DNA of 64,000 nucleotides, taken from positions 17,732,001 to 17,796,000 of the forward strand of contig CAIIXF020000001.1 of the NCBI GenBank assembly GCA_903813345.2. The letters are read 5' to 3'. Below the pieces are notes generated by a model. The model had not been told where the DNA came from and did no database searches. It saw only the letters and a program-made list of their open reading frames with translations. Positions 24,201 to 39,200 of the stretch are shown here, one piece after another; position 1 is the first letter of the stretch, and the number at the start of each line of letters is the position of its first letter. The position numbers and the translations under genes are program-made. The DNA is from Owenia fusiformis (lineage: Eukaryota).

Positions 24201-27200
24201 ACATTAGTTAACAAATCTAAACTGCTTAAAAAAACTCTTTTTACATGTATGGTTGACTTCAAGAAAGCGTTTGACTATATTGATAGGTCAGTCCTGTTAT
24301 ACAAACTCTGTAAGAGCGGTGTAAAGCCCAATAGCAAAATGTACAAAATCATTGACAGTATGTTCGTCAAATCTCAATCTTGTCTTAAGTTGAAAAATGG
24401 AGTATCAGACTATTTTAAAACAGATGTTGGAGTTTTACAAGGGAGTGTTCTCAGTACCTTCTTATTTAATCACTTTATAGATGATCTTGCACTATATTTA
24501 CCAACGCACTGTGGAGTAATTTTAAATGATAAGAGGCTTAACCACCTTCTATGGGCAGATGACCTCATATTGATTTCAGAATCCAGTGAAGGATTGCAGA
24601 CATTACTTGACGCACTTTTTACTTTCTGTAAGACTAATAGGTTAATTGTCAATATAATGAAAACTAAAGCATTAATCTTCAATTCCAAAAGATCTTTCAA
24701 ATTTGAATTTAATGAAAAAAGTATCGAATGTGTTAATGAATACAAATATTTAGGTCTCATTCTCACCAATAACAACAGTTTTGATATGAACACTAAATAT
24801 CTTAAAGAACAATCAAGAAAGGCTCTTTTTAAGATAAAACAGCAATATAAGAAGTTTAATGATGTGCCACCAGATGTAGCTCTTCATCTGTTTAATGCTT
24901 TGGTCAGTCCAATTTTATCTTATGCATGTGAAATATGGTATGATAAAAAACAAATGAAAGCAATTGAATCCATACATTTGTCTTTTTTAAAGTCAACATT
25001 AGGTGTCAAATCACAAACTGCAAGCCCTGCTGTGTATGGCGATCTAGGCAGGTACCCATTGTCAATCAAATTTGAGTGTTATATTATAAAATATTGGCTT
25101 AGACTCCTAACATTTCCAGAATCAAGTGTATTAAACCAAGCCTATTTATATGATAGAGATATTCAAGAGTTAGGATTCAAAAGTTGGTCTAGCAAGGTCT
25201 ATGATATACTCAGAAAATGTGATTTATTGGATTATTGGAATGACCAAAATCTGAATACTGACATTCTAGTGAGCATGGTAGAAAAGAAGTTGAAGGTATT
25301 ATTTGTAGAAAAATGGAAAAATGATTTGAACATTTATCCTATACTGAGAACGTATAAATTGTTCAAAAAAGATTTTAGAATTGAATTATATTTGAAATTA
25401 GATAATAAAAAGTATAGATTGGCGATAAGTAGATTTCGAATGAGTTCTCATCGATTGGCGATTGAGACTGGAAGACATGCAAAGCCAAAACCAAAACCTA
25501 GAGAGGAAAGATTATGCAATACCTGTAAACATATAGAGGATGAATGTCATTTCCTTTTAACTTGTACAAAGAATGATGAGCATAGACAATTATTGTACAC
25601 TAAGGCTCGTGAAATTCTAAGTAACTTTGACCTCAATAGTGAAAATTTATTTGTCAATCTCATTTCAAGTAAAAACTTAACATTACAAAGACACATTGGA
25701 AAATTCATTTATCATTCATTTAAGAATTTGTAGTCAGAATGCAGGGTATGTGCACCACACTTTAAATGTAACCTTGTCCTTTCATCATGATGTATACTAC
25801 CTTTATTTTGGGTTTTTGTATATCTCGTATATATTTTTGTACTTTTGTATTAGTTAGTATTTGTAGTTTAGATACTTAGTTTTTTTCATAGTTATGACTA
25901 ATGTAATCATGTTATGATACAAGATGTCAATAAAAGTTATATATATAACAAGAGGAAATTCCGTCATAATTAACAAAAAGAGACATATATTCCAAATTAA
26001 GATATGTGACATAAAATACACAATTCAAGCAATCAGGTTATGTCAGTATAACATATTATAAAACATACTTGAGTGAAAACAACATCCTTCCAGACAACTC
26101 TAATTACTGTTAAGATGAGGTTGAAAAGCATCCCACTCAGATTACACATAATTTTGTGTTTAATAGCTTTTGAAATGGTGTCCCCTGCGGAAGCTATCAT
26201 ATCAAGAGATAATATCAGTAATAATACATTTGGTAATACCCTTGGTGTACCTTTCCAATATACCCTTGAAATGTTATCATGTTCAGAGTATTAAGAATGC
26301 ACTCTTGGGGAGATATCATATCTAGAATATAAGTTATGCTCCCCTGTGTATTAAGAATAAACCCTTAAAGAGTTTTCATATTCAGAGTACTAAGAATGTA
26401 CCCTTGGAGAGTTATCATATTCAGAGTATAAGTTATGCCCACTTGAAGAGTTATCTTATTTAGAGTATTAAGAATGTACCCTTGAAGAGTTGTCATATTT
26501 AGAGTGCTAAGAATGTACCCTTGGAGAGTTTTCATAATCAGAGTATTAAGAATGTACCCTTGAAGAGTTATCATATTTAGAGTATTAGTTATGCCCCTTG
26601 AAGAATTCCAGTACTAAGAATGTACTCTTAAAGAGTTTTCATATCTAATGTATTAAGAATGAACCATTGAAGTGTTATCATTTGGAGTATTAAGAATGTA
26701 CCCTTGGGGAGCTGTCATATTTATTCCGTCTTTTTTGTCTCGCTGACTCATTCCGCCTGCCAAGATTTTCAAAGTCATCAGGGAAACCACTGGCTGAGTT
26801 ATCCACACCTGAATATACAAACATTTCATTGAAAGTGGGAGCAAAGGAGTATAAATGTTGGAAGCAATTATTTCATTAAACATGGTAATATGTTCCTAAC
26901 AAAACATCAAAATTGTGAAAAATATTTGAAAGTTATTGGAGGTTTATCTCGCAGAAATAACACTGTCAATGTGCGGTGCACTTGAACGATGGAAGGGTTG
27001 ATCATTGTTTATTTTCCAGAGCTGTAATGTTCTTTCAAGAGTTGTACTTTGCCTTCAAGAGCTTTACTGTCCTCTCAAGAGCTGTTCTGGACATTTGGAA
27101 ATACTGTATTGATAATTGCCAATTTTATATCTACATACCAACATAAGCAGTTTCTGCATCTAGCATGGAGCCTGGGGTATCTTCTCGAATCAATCCTATA

Positions 27201-30200
27201 GACCTGGGGTTGAGGTCCAGGTAGTCTTTGGGAGATTCTCGAGCATCTAGAGATACAAAGAATTGTGAGCTACAATCTCACCCTCGTATTTTTATTTTAC
27301 ACATATTTAAGTTGAAAATTATAAAACAATGAATCACTACTAGATGAGAAAGTATAACTACAATTGCATGCTAATTTGTGAAGGAAACACCCCAAATACA
27401 CGAATAATAAAAACTCAATAAATATAAATAAATTGCACAAAAAATCAAATCATCATTATAAAACTTTGTCTCAAGGGTCCATTTTGGAACTGTTGTAACT
27501 TTGGATCTTGTTATAAGTTATTGTTGATCTGGAGTATATCATGTTTTCCAAGAATTGTAAATTACAACCATACTAAAGCAGACCCTTGGGGTTAATGTGC
27601 AAAGATAAAGTGCAATGTTAAAGAAAGGCTTCAGGTTAACATTTCTATTGCAACTAAATGTGAATATAGTACCCACTTTACAATATTGCAATCATGGCAG
27701 TTTTCAGGGTTAATAGCTCCCCCCTAAAGCCCTTATAAGCTGTGCTTGTCCAGAAATATAAGTAACAATTTTGGCAAATAATGCAGAGTATCACACATAG
27801 CTTTAACATTTTCATGCGCTCTGAACCAATAATAACACTGTTTTTGAAAATAAATGTATAATTTGTGGAGCACATGGTAAAGTTTCTTCCTTTGAAAGGC
27901 ACCATTAATCATGTGGATACTACCCCTGACATCATACAGTAAAACCTGTAAAGTGGAACCCCTCTGCAAGTGGAATGCATTTGTAAGTGGAACACTTCTG
28001 GAACACTTCCACCAGTAGAACACTTTTCAAAGTCCCCCAGCCTCATAACTTATAGATAAATGAACCTCTACAAGTGGAACACCTCCCACTCTTTAGAGGT
28101 AACAAATGTGTTCCACTTATACAGGTTTTACTGTACGTGAAAACAAGCTGCATGAGAGATACAATATAATAGGCTTAATTTCCATCATGCTGGCTGACCT
28201 TGTCTCAGTTTAGCCAAGCGTTCCTCTTGCTGACGTAAATAGCTAATCTGCTGGGTCTCCAAGCCATCACTATTGTGAGGGTCATTGGGGTAGAGCTGTT
28301 GAAATGCTTGTCTGGAACGTGTGTCCCCTGGGTGCGAAACAGACACATTGTGTAAGACAAAGAGACACATGTGGAATGACAAATGGGTGTGCAAAATCAA
28401 ATAACCATTTTTTACAGATGCCAACCACCGAACACCTTCAACAAAAAAGTTGGTAACTACAACAATTTGTCACCACTTGTCGTGGTGACATAATAAAAAA
28501 TAAAATGTGTGTCAAAAAAGTGCATGTGAAGGACAGAACGTGAAGAAGGAAACAAATAAATTATAACGATATACAAACACAATACAAGGTATAAAGCACT
28601 ACAAGAAGTATGACAACTGACAAACTAATACAGCATTTCAGAATGTATCACTGAATAATTATATGTTGGATGTTGTTAGGAAATTTTACAAGTATATGTG
28701 TTTTCAAACAGTGTTGCTGAACAAAAATTGAGAATGTGAAAATATATCATCAGTCAAAACACACAGCAAATGGAAAAACATGGAAAAACATTGATGCTAA
28801 ATGACTATACAATAAAGTTTAAAAATAAAAAAACGCATGTCCATATTTACCTTTTTTCAATTTCTTGAACTCTTCAAGGTTGTTTCTATTATTAGGATCA
28901 GCTGAGCGTCGTACGGAGACTGGCTTACGATGGCTTGCAATATCAAATATGTCCACTTGGTTATCTTTAGGTCTAAAAAGTCAGTTATAAACATTTTACT
29001 AAAATTCATCAATCAGGACTGAGGAACTTTTTTGTGATGGTTTGGTAGAGTTGAATTACCTTTCGATGGATAACAGATGCAGGAAATTAAAAATAACATC
29101 AATTACCAAAAGGATAATAAAAGACATATTCTGCCTTTGAGGGTTTTCTACTAATGCAACACAAAAAATCAATCTATTTCTTATTATATTCAGAAAAATA
29201 ATGTGGAGACTGGAGACATGTCCATTATCTGTTCCAGAAACTAAAACCTCACTGCGAATTACAAAAGTGTAACAATGATAACGGATGTTGAATGCTGACT
29301 GCATTAAGGGCAGAATGACAAATCAATAATGGATAAATAATTTCAGAAAGTAAGAATGCTTTTAATGACTAAAGAAATGAAATGTGTATGAGGAAAAGGA
29401 ACAACTTCCTGTTATCTGACATTGAACATCAACTGAAAAATCAATATCAATATTAATTACTGCCCCGGCACTTACAAAATTGAAAATACATCCTTCAGAC
29501 TCTAATAGGCATCCATATATGAAGTCAAAAATCCCCAGGAATTTCATACATTACATTTTTTCCTGCCAAGAGTGCCTTATTTGCGGCATCAAAACGAGGT
29601 GCGCAGAAACTATCTTGGTAAAATACTGATTAAAATTCTTAAACTTGAACATTTCCTTCATTCATTATGGACTATTTTGACATGATGTGACAAGCACTTT
29701 TTCTTTGGAAATTTGGATTTTTCTGATATATTTGTTAATACTGGGTCATTCCTCGATATTTCTTGAACTTGTGAAGTGGTTTGGGCGCTTATTAGAGAAT
29801 GGGTGCTAATTACAGAGAATACTGTAACCTATATATTGTTGGCTTGCAATATTCTGAGAATATATTTGAGACAGATCAAGACCCTCTGTATTAATTAGTT
29901 TGGCTTGGTTTAAAATTGTGCATTAAAGTATGAGGTGTCATAGGCTATTCAGCATTCATTTTGGTTCAATTGCTATTTAAAAGGGAGTGAGGTTAATTTT
30001 GTAAGGGCACTTATTTTCACATTAGGGCATCTAGTTTCATAAGGGCATATATATTCACACGTGAAATTTTCGCATGGATGACTATTTTCACATTAGCTTT
30101 AACTTTCACACTTAATATTACATGGGGATTTATTTTCACATGGACATCATTTTTTGCAAGGGCATCTATTTTCACAAGGGCATCTATTTTCATATTGTCA

Positions 30201-33200
30201 TCAATATCAAATGGGCAGTGTTCGCGCTAGCCATTAAAATTTCTGAGTCCCAGGGACGCAACACATTTGAAAAATTTGAGTCCCCATCTAATTTTTTTGC
30301 GTCCCTCTTATTTCTTCACAAAGTTCAAGAAAATATTGTGAAAGTGAAAATAAAGTGGGCGATAATAGAGTGCTTACACTAAAATGGGATAAAAATGACA
30401 TATATTGTTATTTGATGCATCCTCCCGATAAATATCTATCACTGGGTCCTTTTCACTCAATTCTTAAGTAATGTTATACCAAAATAGTCCGAAATGAAGG
30501 AAATGCTCAAATTAAGAGTTTTGTTTTCACATTTTAAAACTTGCGATCTTGAAGGTCATGTCAAGGTCGTGAACTTTTGCTTCTTTTTATTAACATTTCT
30601 CCTTATTCTGAAGACATTTAGATGAAAAACCTCGATCTATCATTAAACAATTATCTTGATGTATAACATTAGATCAATATATAATGGTTTCTAGTTGAAA
30701 TAATAAAGATAATCGTGAAAAACAATCGTTTCAATTTGTGGGGAACCACAGGGGATTTCTGCAATATTGTATGTTTTGATCTTCCATTTCGATTGCGGCA
30801 TTTTCCCGAATATATCGGCACCAATCAAAATCCATGTCTCATACTGGAAACCCTGTTAATCTTCAGGAAGTCATGATAGCCAATCAGATTTGTCGATATA
30901 AATATACCTGGATCATTGCTCGTATATCAAGGTAGTGAGTTTGAAAATCTTGATGAAAATCATGTTTCACCGCTACTGTGCTGCAGTAAAAGTTATCTTG
31001 CAGCAGTTTATAATTTTTGTGTCCTAGGGACGTAAGTTGATTTTGATTTTTACGTCCAACCTTCTGAAATTTCCATAAAAATGGCAAAAAACGGCGTCAA
31101 CGCGAACACTGAATGGGCATCAATCAAAAATGGGTTAAGGCATTTACATAATACAATATAGATAGCCATTGTTGTAGGGTGTGTATAACTCACATTGCTT
31201 GGTTAGGTGGACGCTCCATCAACCTGGGGTCATATACCTCAACATCATTCTGGAAAAATGAAAACATTTACATTATCTTACTAAATAGATAGGATTTACC
31301 ACTCCATTATAAACATGGTTCTATATATTTATTTAATATGAGATCAATTTCATAAACCCCACCATACCATTTCAAATTGCTCTGTAAGAATAGTATTTGT
31401 AAGTTGGTATATTCAATATTTATAGTGATTCGAACAAGAATTGATTCATAACACCCACCCACCTGCCCAAATGCTAATAAGCACAAGACGATGACAACAC
31501 AGCACTTTTTCAAAGTGTGATAAAAATATCTTATACAAAGAGACAACTAGATTAATGATCAGTATAATGGTGCAAACCAAGGAGCAGGTGTAATATCAAC
31601 GAATACACCCCTTAGGGCTAGGCACAAAAGCTTTCAAACCCCTTTGGTCATTCTTGGTACAGAAAACGTTTGTGCCTGGCCCTGTTGGGTATATTCATCA
31701 ATATAACACCTGCTATTCGGTCTATATTTCTTAAATCAAGACTGAAAGCATTCTTATGATTAACCCGCATAAGCCTTACCTTTTATAGGTCAATGAATGA
31801 TTAAATAACATATGATGATATGTCAAATTACAAAGTGAAAGTTTATGACTTAGTTGCGTATAAGGTTGATTTCTACCCAGTTATCAATACCAAGTTAGTT
31901 CCTAAGTTGGTTACTAACTTACTAAATTAGTTACTAAGATAGTTTTCGAATTTTGATGTAGTTTGATAACCTTGACCTATGACCTTCAAAATTTTACTTT
32001 TTAAGACCTCAATAGGTATTTTGTGATTAAACTGACTTAAAGGTCCATGTGCATTATGGCAAGTGGTTTTAGACAGTCATATCTTTCTGGGCATAAATAC
32101 AGTAGTTTTTATTAAAACAATATGTTTTCTTTCAAGTTAAGTCCACGTGATAGTAAAATAGCAATCCAACTCTCTGAAAATTATGGTTTAGGACCCCATT
32201 TTGGCACTTTTTTAAAGATGTTAGGCTTATTTTCTAAAAAGAGGATCTTGTTGTTCTCAATTTAAACATATCAAAACACTATATTAACAATTTCTGAAAA
32301 GGGGATGGGTATTGAAATGTGTTAAAGTTAAAAACCACATATCCCATGTTATTTTCCATAGTTACACATACTATCCATTGTTTTCAGCATAATTTTGGTT
32401 ATCGAAAATTCAAAGCTAGACTTTCCATACCATTATACTTTTGAAGAACTTTTAAATTCCTTGTTGAATAATCTTTTCATGCAATAAAATCAGGAAAAGA
32501 AAACCATCTTTTGAGTAAATAGGTTCAACTTTTTGAAAAAATTGTTGAAATGGGGTCCCTATTCATAATTTTTCGAATTGTTTGATTGATAGTTTTATTG
32601 TCATTGGTATTTCACCTAAAAGAAAACATATTGTTTCCATAAAAAACACTGTATTTATGCCCAGAAAGACCTCGTGGTAAAAGATATGACTGTCTAAAAT
32701 CACTTGCCATACTGCACATGGACCTTTGGATTTAAAGAATCAATTTGAAATTTTAAAGGTCATTGAGGGTCAACCACTAAATCTCAAATCTAAAAACAGA
32801 TCTGAACTTCCAAGAACTTATAAATGATTTTGAAAAAAATTGACCTTTCTACAATTTTTTGACCTTCAATATCTCAAAATCCAGGCAAATTTTATTGCAA
32901 AAGGGTCACACATATCTCTCTGTATGCAACAATTTAGGCAAAACTATTGAAGTGTAGTGTCAGGCATTGAGAAACTTCAGTTCCATGTGAACACTACTTC
33001 TGAACACTACTTCTTGCAAATGGTTACAAAATGTTACAAGTCAACTTATTTGTTGCCATGGTAACATATATCAGCAGATATATGTTGGAACTCATATGAT
33101 GTTTATATATATGGACCATTAATGTTTGAAGTAATTCGACACAGTACTTGTTAAGAAATCAGAAATGTAAGAATGTGTACACTCCCAATGATGAACACCA

Positions 33201-36200
33201 TCCACAAAAAAGTTGGAGACCATAACAATATGTCACAACTTTTGATGGTGACATAATTAGATTAATGATCAACATTAATGATAGTGCAACCCAAGGATTG
33301 ATGCTAGAGAAAATTATTATTTATGATTCATTACATTCAATAATTGAATTAATATCTTAAAACAAAAGTCAATTAGATTAATGATCAACATTAACGATAT
33401 ACAAAACACGATGCTTGAAAAAAATGTTATTTATGGTTCATTACATTCAATTATTCTTTGTTCATAAATTGTGACGATGGAAAAATAATCGAATTCTTTA
33501 AATCAGGTTAATGTTTGACTGTGTACCTTGCGATCATCAAGGGCATGTTGTACTCTAGTTTTCTCACTTTGTAACTGTGCCTTGAGATTAGCCAACTGGT
33601 TGAGCACATCTGCACCTGTAGTAAACAAGCACAATTCTTGGAATTCTTTACACATAATTAAAGCTGGTAAAATAAATGTTTATTGTAAGGATTTATTAAC
33701 TATTCAAGGAAATGTGCAAAAAATGTTTAATTTACTAATGTACTGGAACTGTTTTCCTACAATTAGAGGTAAATATAATAGCTCTTAAGAAAGCCACGCA
33801 GCTAATGTGTAATTCTTGAGGATACAATTATCTTTATTTTTTTATTTTTACAGTAGCCTACAGTTAATACAATTCATAGAATTCCAATACCATATTCATA
33901 ACGAGAATTTTCATAGCTAAATAAAAAATATCGCCTATAACTCTTGACATTATCTGATTTTTTTATAGACATAAAAGAGTTGCTAATAAACTTTGAAGTG
34001 AGTGAACTTACTCTGTGAACGAGTTTGAGTATTTACAGCAGGAACTGGAGGTGATGTCCTCCCAGAATTCACCTGTGGTTGTGGGTCTCCTCTACTCCTA
34101 GTACTTCTGGGTCTAAGAGCGGGAATAACTGGAGAGTTAAGCCTTGGGGACTGAAAGAACAATATTGGTGTATGATATGCAAGTATTGGCGATAAGCTTG
34201 AATATAGTAAGGTTACAGGATAGAAAGCCTTTTGAATACAACATTTTTCTAAATATATTTTTACTCCAAGTGTGTACTTTCCTTTTTATGGGAAAAGGTG
34301 ATCAAAGATGTCACGAATCTGAGTTCTTCTGGGTTCGGGTTATTTAATTACCATGGCAGAAATAGAAAATAAATTTCTATACCTGTCCCTTTCCACTGTC
34401 TTCGTTCTTGGCCCTTAGTGTTGGAATTGGAGGAGACTTTAGTCTCTCGGGGTCAGAATTTTGCTGCAACACATGAAATATAAAGTTTATGATAGATATT
34501 GGTAAGTTTTTATATTGGATTATCTTATAACATATTTTACGCTTAATATCATAATATGTTTCCAATCTCAAATGTTATGATTATTTTCTGTCAAATACTA
34601 TAAGTTATTGAATGATTTGAAGTGCAATACAGGATATATTCTGGTCGAGAAATTCCGTATTGGAACGAGACGAAGTCGAGTGCCAATACAGAATATAGAG
34701 ACAGAATATATCCTGTACTGCACTTAAACTCATTCAATAACGTTTTTATCGTATGATCCTCTGTATTGCTACTGAGATCGTCCCCTCCGTACCAATATTT
34801 TCTGTATTGCGACGGAGATGATCAACGGGAACAATCTCAGTAGCAATACAGATTGGTACAGCACAAGAACTGACCAATCAGAGGGCTTCGTTTTACAGAT
34901 CATACGATAAAATGCTATACATTTCCATAGATGGTTAGGGATGTCATGGTTTCCTGATGTTTACAGTTCCTACCTCATGGGAAAACCCCAATGTACTAAA
35001 AATTAAAGGTTTTGGTCCATGATCAGGCATAATAATATTTGCATATAGTTTTCATACTTTCCAAATCTTATGGAAAATAAATTCATTAAAGAATGTGATA
35101 ACTGAGATTTACAGAAAAAACTGTATGAAATATGTATCAAACATTATGTCAAAAAACTTTTAGCACGAATTGTGCATTTTCTCTAGCAATGAGACTGAAC
35201 CAGGTCCAATAGGAACAGTCTATGAACATTTTGGGCACCCTGTGTTAATGGGATAACAGGCAAGGGAAACAATGTATGCAAGATACTGACGACTGCTATG
35301 CCTTCAATCTAAACTTTAGATTCTAAAGGTAACGATTGAAATACTTTGATAGCATAAACTTCCTTAATATGTTCTTCTCAATTTTAATTACAAAACAATA
35401 AGTGATCCTTTTCTTGAATTTAGATGAGGAATGAGCCAACTAAAATGAATTATCCATTCAAGTGGTTATGTCCCATCCCATCACAAATGTCCCGTCCCAA
35501 AATGCCTCGGGTAACATCCTGTCACTTCCCAATGTTTCCTTGCTAGCCCTATCAATAACATGAAATAACTTGATACAAAACCAGAGATTCAGATGAATGT
35601 TACATACTATTCTCTGTTGTAGATCCCTCTCCTGTTGTTGTCTCAGCTCCTCCTGCCTCCTGTCTTCTAACTCTTGCCTCTTCATCTCAGCCTCCTTCTT
35701 CCTCTCCTCTGCCAACTGTTTCAACTCTTCATTCTTCCTCTTCTCCTGCATGTTCAATAAATAAGATTAATCATGGTTCACAAACTCACTAGCGAAAGGA
35801 TTGGTGAAGAATTTAGATACAAAATAGATTTGGAAGTCTTAATTTAAAGGAATTTTTTATCGTTTATCATCCCAAAATGTTTTCAATTTGGAATAATCTG
35901 TAACTTGCTCTACCAATAGTTACAGTGTTTTGAACAAACCTTATTTTGAAAATATCAAGACCAGGTATGGGATATTATTGGATTGTTTAACCATGGATGT
36001 ATTGTAACCATAAATACAACAATTTTATTAAAACAGTACATGTATGTAGAGTCAAGGTGATAATAAAATATCAATCCGACTTTCTGAAAATCCAAGGATT
36101 TAAGGACCTAAAAAAGTATTTCGAACGAGAAAGTCTTTAACTTATTTTTAACATGTCTAAAAACCTGATCCTCTTTTAGAAGAAATAGTTTGATTAAGCA

Positions 36201-39200
36201 TCAGAATTACTACAACTGACCCTTTACAATGATGAATGGAATTAATAGCCTACAAACCTCATCTTCTTTTTCTTTCTTCTTTCTCTTTTCCTCTTCATAC
36301 TCTGCCTGGATACGTTTCTGTTGTTCATCCAGCCTCTTCTGCTCTTTCTCCTCCTCAATTCGTTGCTTCTCCTTCTCTTCAGCCTCACGTGCCTTCTTCT
36401 CATCAATCTGACGCTGCAACTCAGCTTTGTACTTTTCAGTTGCACTCTGATTGCTCTACAGTATAGAATCACCCATGATGAACACAAAAACAGTTTTGTA
36501 CTTATCATATTAATAGAAATAGTAATAATATTAAAGAATAAACTTTATACAGTGATATTCTGATATCTACTTTAGTAATAAATAGAGTATTGAAGATCAA
36601 TAGTTGAGACACATAGCATGACTAATTACTGGTCGGTGCTGTTTTTTATGAATCACTTACAGTTGCTTGTTCCCCAAAGAAGCCATTAGAGCCAGTGCCT
36701 GCCTGGTATGTGTCTTCTTTTATTGCTCTAGGGGAGGAATTAAATGTTGGTTGATATGCTGGTTTTTCTTGATATGCTGATGCTGCAGCTTCTATGCCAA
36801 CCTTACGTGGTGAAACAAGATTCTCTTCATTTACGAGATGCATTTTTCGTAAATCAGCTAAAATAAAAATAAAAATCAATCATATATATATATTACATAC
36901 ATATTAAATATACTGTACATAGTACTACTGAAATATAAAACATGCTTGTGGTGCAGTTTAATTATGAATTTAATAACAACACAAACTTAATGATTAGATG
37001 AAATACTACATACAGTATTCCAAGTTCTTGGTATATGACAAAAGGTTTATATAGTATATCTAGGCAGCAGGATGGATATTTTCTATAAAAGTTCCGGGAA
37101 ATACAGGCTGTGTCCATTATTGTCCTGTGCTCCACATATAAAAAATTATTCTTATACAAAATTTTTTAATTCTATGTTTTTCAAAGTTTTAAAATCATCT
37201 AAATATGTATTTTTAACTATTTTCAAAAAAGTTGTTAAAAAAATGAAATTTTCAAATTAATGTTACAAAAATCCATTTCTGAAAATCTTGGTACTTTAGA
37301 AGGTAGAATGTACCTAGATTCCTAGAACCTCATTAGGAATGGAATACATCTGTAATGTATGGCTGGTTTGGATCCAGAATTTATCAGTTGTACGTAGTTG
37401 TACACAAATTGTCCTCAGAAAACATGTATCCAAAACCTCCCAGTACATAACCCTTATATATGCTAATCTGATAAGGGTTTGTTACATGAAATGACCCTAG
37501 TATTTCAAGGTAGCACCTACCTATGTTATTGCCTGCTATATCCTTCATGGGAGCCCCAGCTCCCCCACGTCCAAATGGATTATAGTCTTCAATCTCTTTC
37601 TCCAACTTTCTGTCATATCTGGATGTGCAAAGATATAGTAACATAGACTAATCGGAAAATTTAAGGAAAACATTTGTGCAAATACATGTACATTACTTTC
37701 AGAAACATTTATACAGAGGACATTGATATGATATTGTTATATAAACTGCATGGACCCTACTGTTAAACAGTGAAACATAAATTACCAAAAGTTATATACT
37801 AAATGCTCCGAAAGAATACCATGTAGTAAAGAGATTACCTCGCTTTGTCTTCTTTTTCCCTTTGTTTTCTTTGTTCTTTCTCTTGAACCTGTCTGGCCAG
37901 TTCTTCTTGATAACTCATTTTTTCATTCCTTGACTTTGACCGTCTATCATCATCAGATGGAAATGCAAAACCAACGTTACTAGTTCCCCCTGGTGGAGCT
38001 TTTCTAGATGTCCTAAACATGAGAAATTTAAATATTCGTGGTTTACAAAGCACTTATATAAGGAGGGTTAAGGACTTAATTAGAGAAGTTACTATTGCAT
38101 CCCCAAAAATTTAGTTGTGTTGATTTCAACATTCATCATCTGATAGCAATTTGCTATATATTCAGGTTCAAGATTATCAGGTATCAGGATAGAAAAGTAG
38201 ACCAAATAGTGCCGCAATATGCAACATGGAGTTGTCGCTCTGTTAATTTCAAGTAAATGAAACAGTTGAGATGACCCTTAACATTATAGCAATGGATTTT
38301 TGTGACTCACCTATCATCTTGCAGATTCAACCTCGGAATATCTGCTGGACCAGTCCTGCCTGCAAATGCAGCACCTTCTGGGAAGAGAAAAGAAAAATTA
38401 GGTCAATTGTAATAAAGAAACAAGGCATAAAAGGTAAAATGTTGCCATGTTACCAAAAACCAAACTTCAAACACTCTCCACAAAAAAGTTGTGGCAGTGG
38501 TATAAAAACTGTTGAATGCAATTCAATTAAGTGTAAAGAAAGAATGAAGGTTCAAACTTGAAGTTGTTTTTGGATCAAAGGGGTCTTACCTGCCGTAGTT
38601 GTTGGATCTAAAGGGTCCTTCAAGCCATAGTAATAGTAAGCCTCATCTAAGGGAGAATTATAGGCTCCCAAAGATGGTTGGCCTCCAGCATTTAAATAAC
38701 TACAAGATATAGAATTAGGTTATTCTAAATGTTGCTCATACTTTACTACTGTATAATCAGCTAAACCAATATATGATGCGAGACTCGACATTCACCAGGA
38801 AGTTAGAAAAAATTTACCACCCATGAAGCAAATTAATTTTTTACTGCTTTATAAATGGTGAATGACAGTCAAATTGAGTTCTATAAGTATGAGAATAGCA
38901 TGGCGTCTTGATATTTCAAGGTAACTCATTTGAATAGTGATGGCGGTGATTGAAATTACGAAATTTTAGTTCTTCAAAGAAATCTACAAATATTTCGTTG
39001 CATCGTTTTTTCAATCACCGCCATCACTTTTCAAACTACATTACCTTGAAATATCAAGACGCCATGCTATTCTCATACTTATAAAACTTAATTTGGCTGT
39101 TATTCACCATTTATTAAGTAGTAAAAAATTAATTTGCTCCATGGGTGACAAATTATTTCAAGTTTCCTGGTGAATGTTGAGTCTTACATCAAACGAATGT

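Larger units (their letters stand above)
20900..25947 (+). mobile_element. Non-LTR retrotransposon (RTE-X-like LINE), 5'-truncated, antisense within CSPP1 intron 33
   Basis: Esterase ORF1 followed by an APE endonuclease-RT ORF2. The 3' UTR ends with AATAAA (25929) and a short (TA)n tail. The 5' boundary is approximate and no TSD was identified. The clade is inferred from the esterase ORF1 and the C-terminal SSHRLAIETGRH...C..C..EDECHFLLTC motif. Confidence 0.85.
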
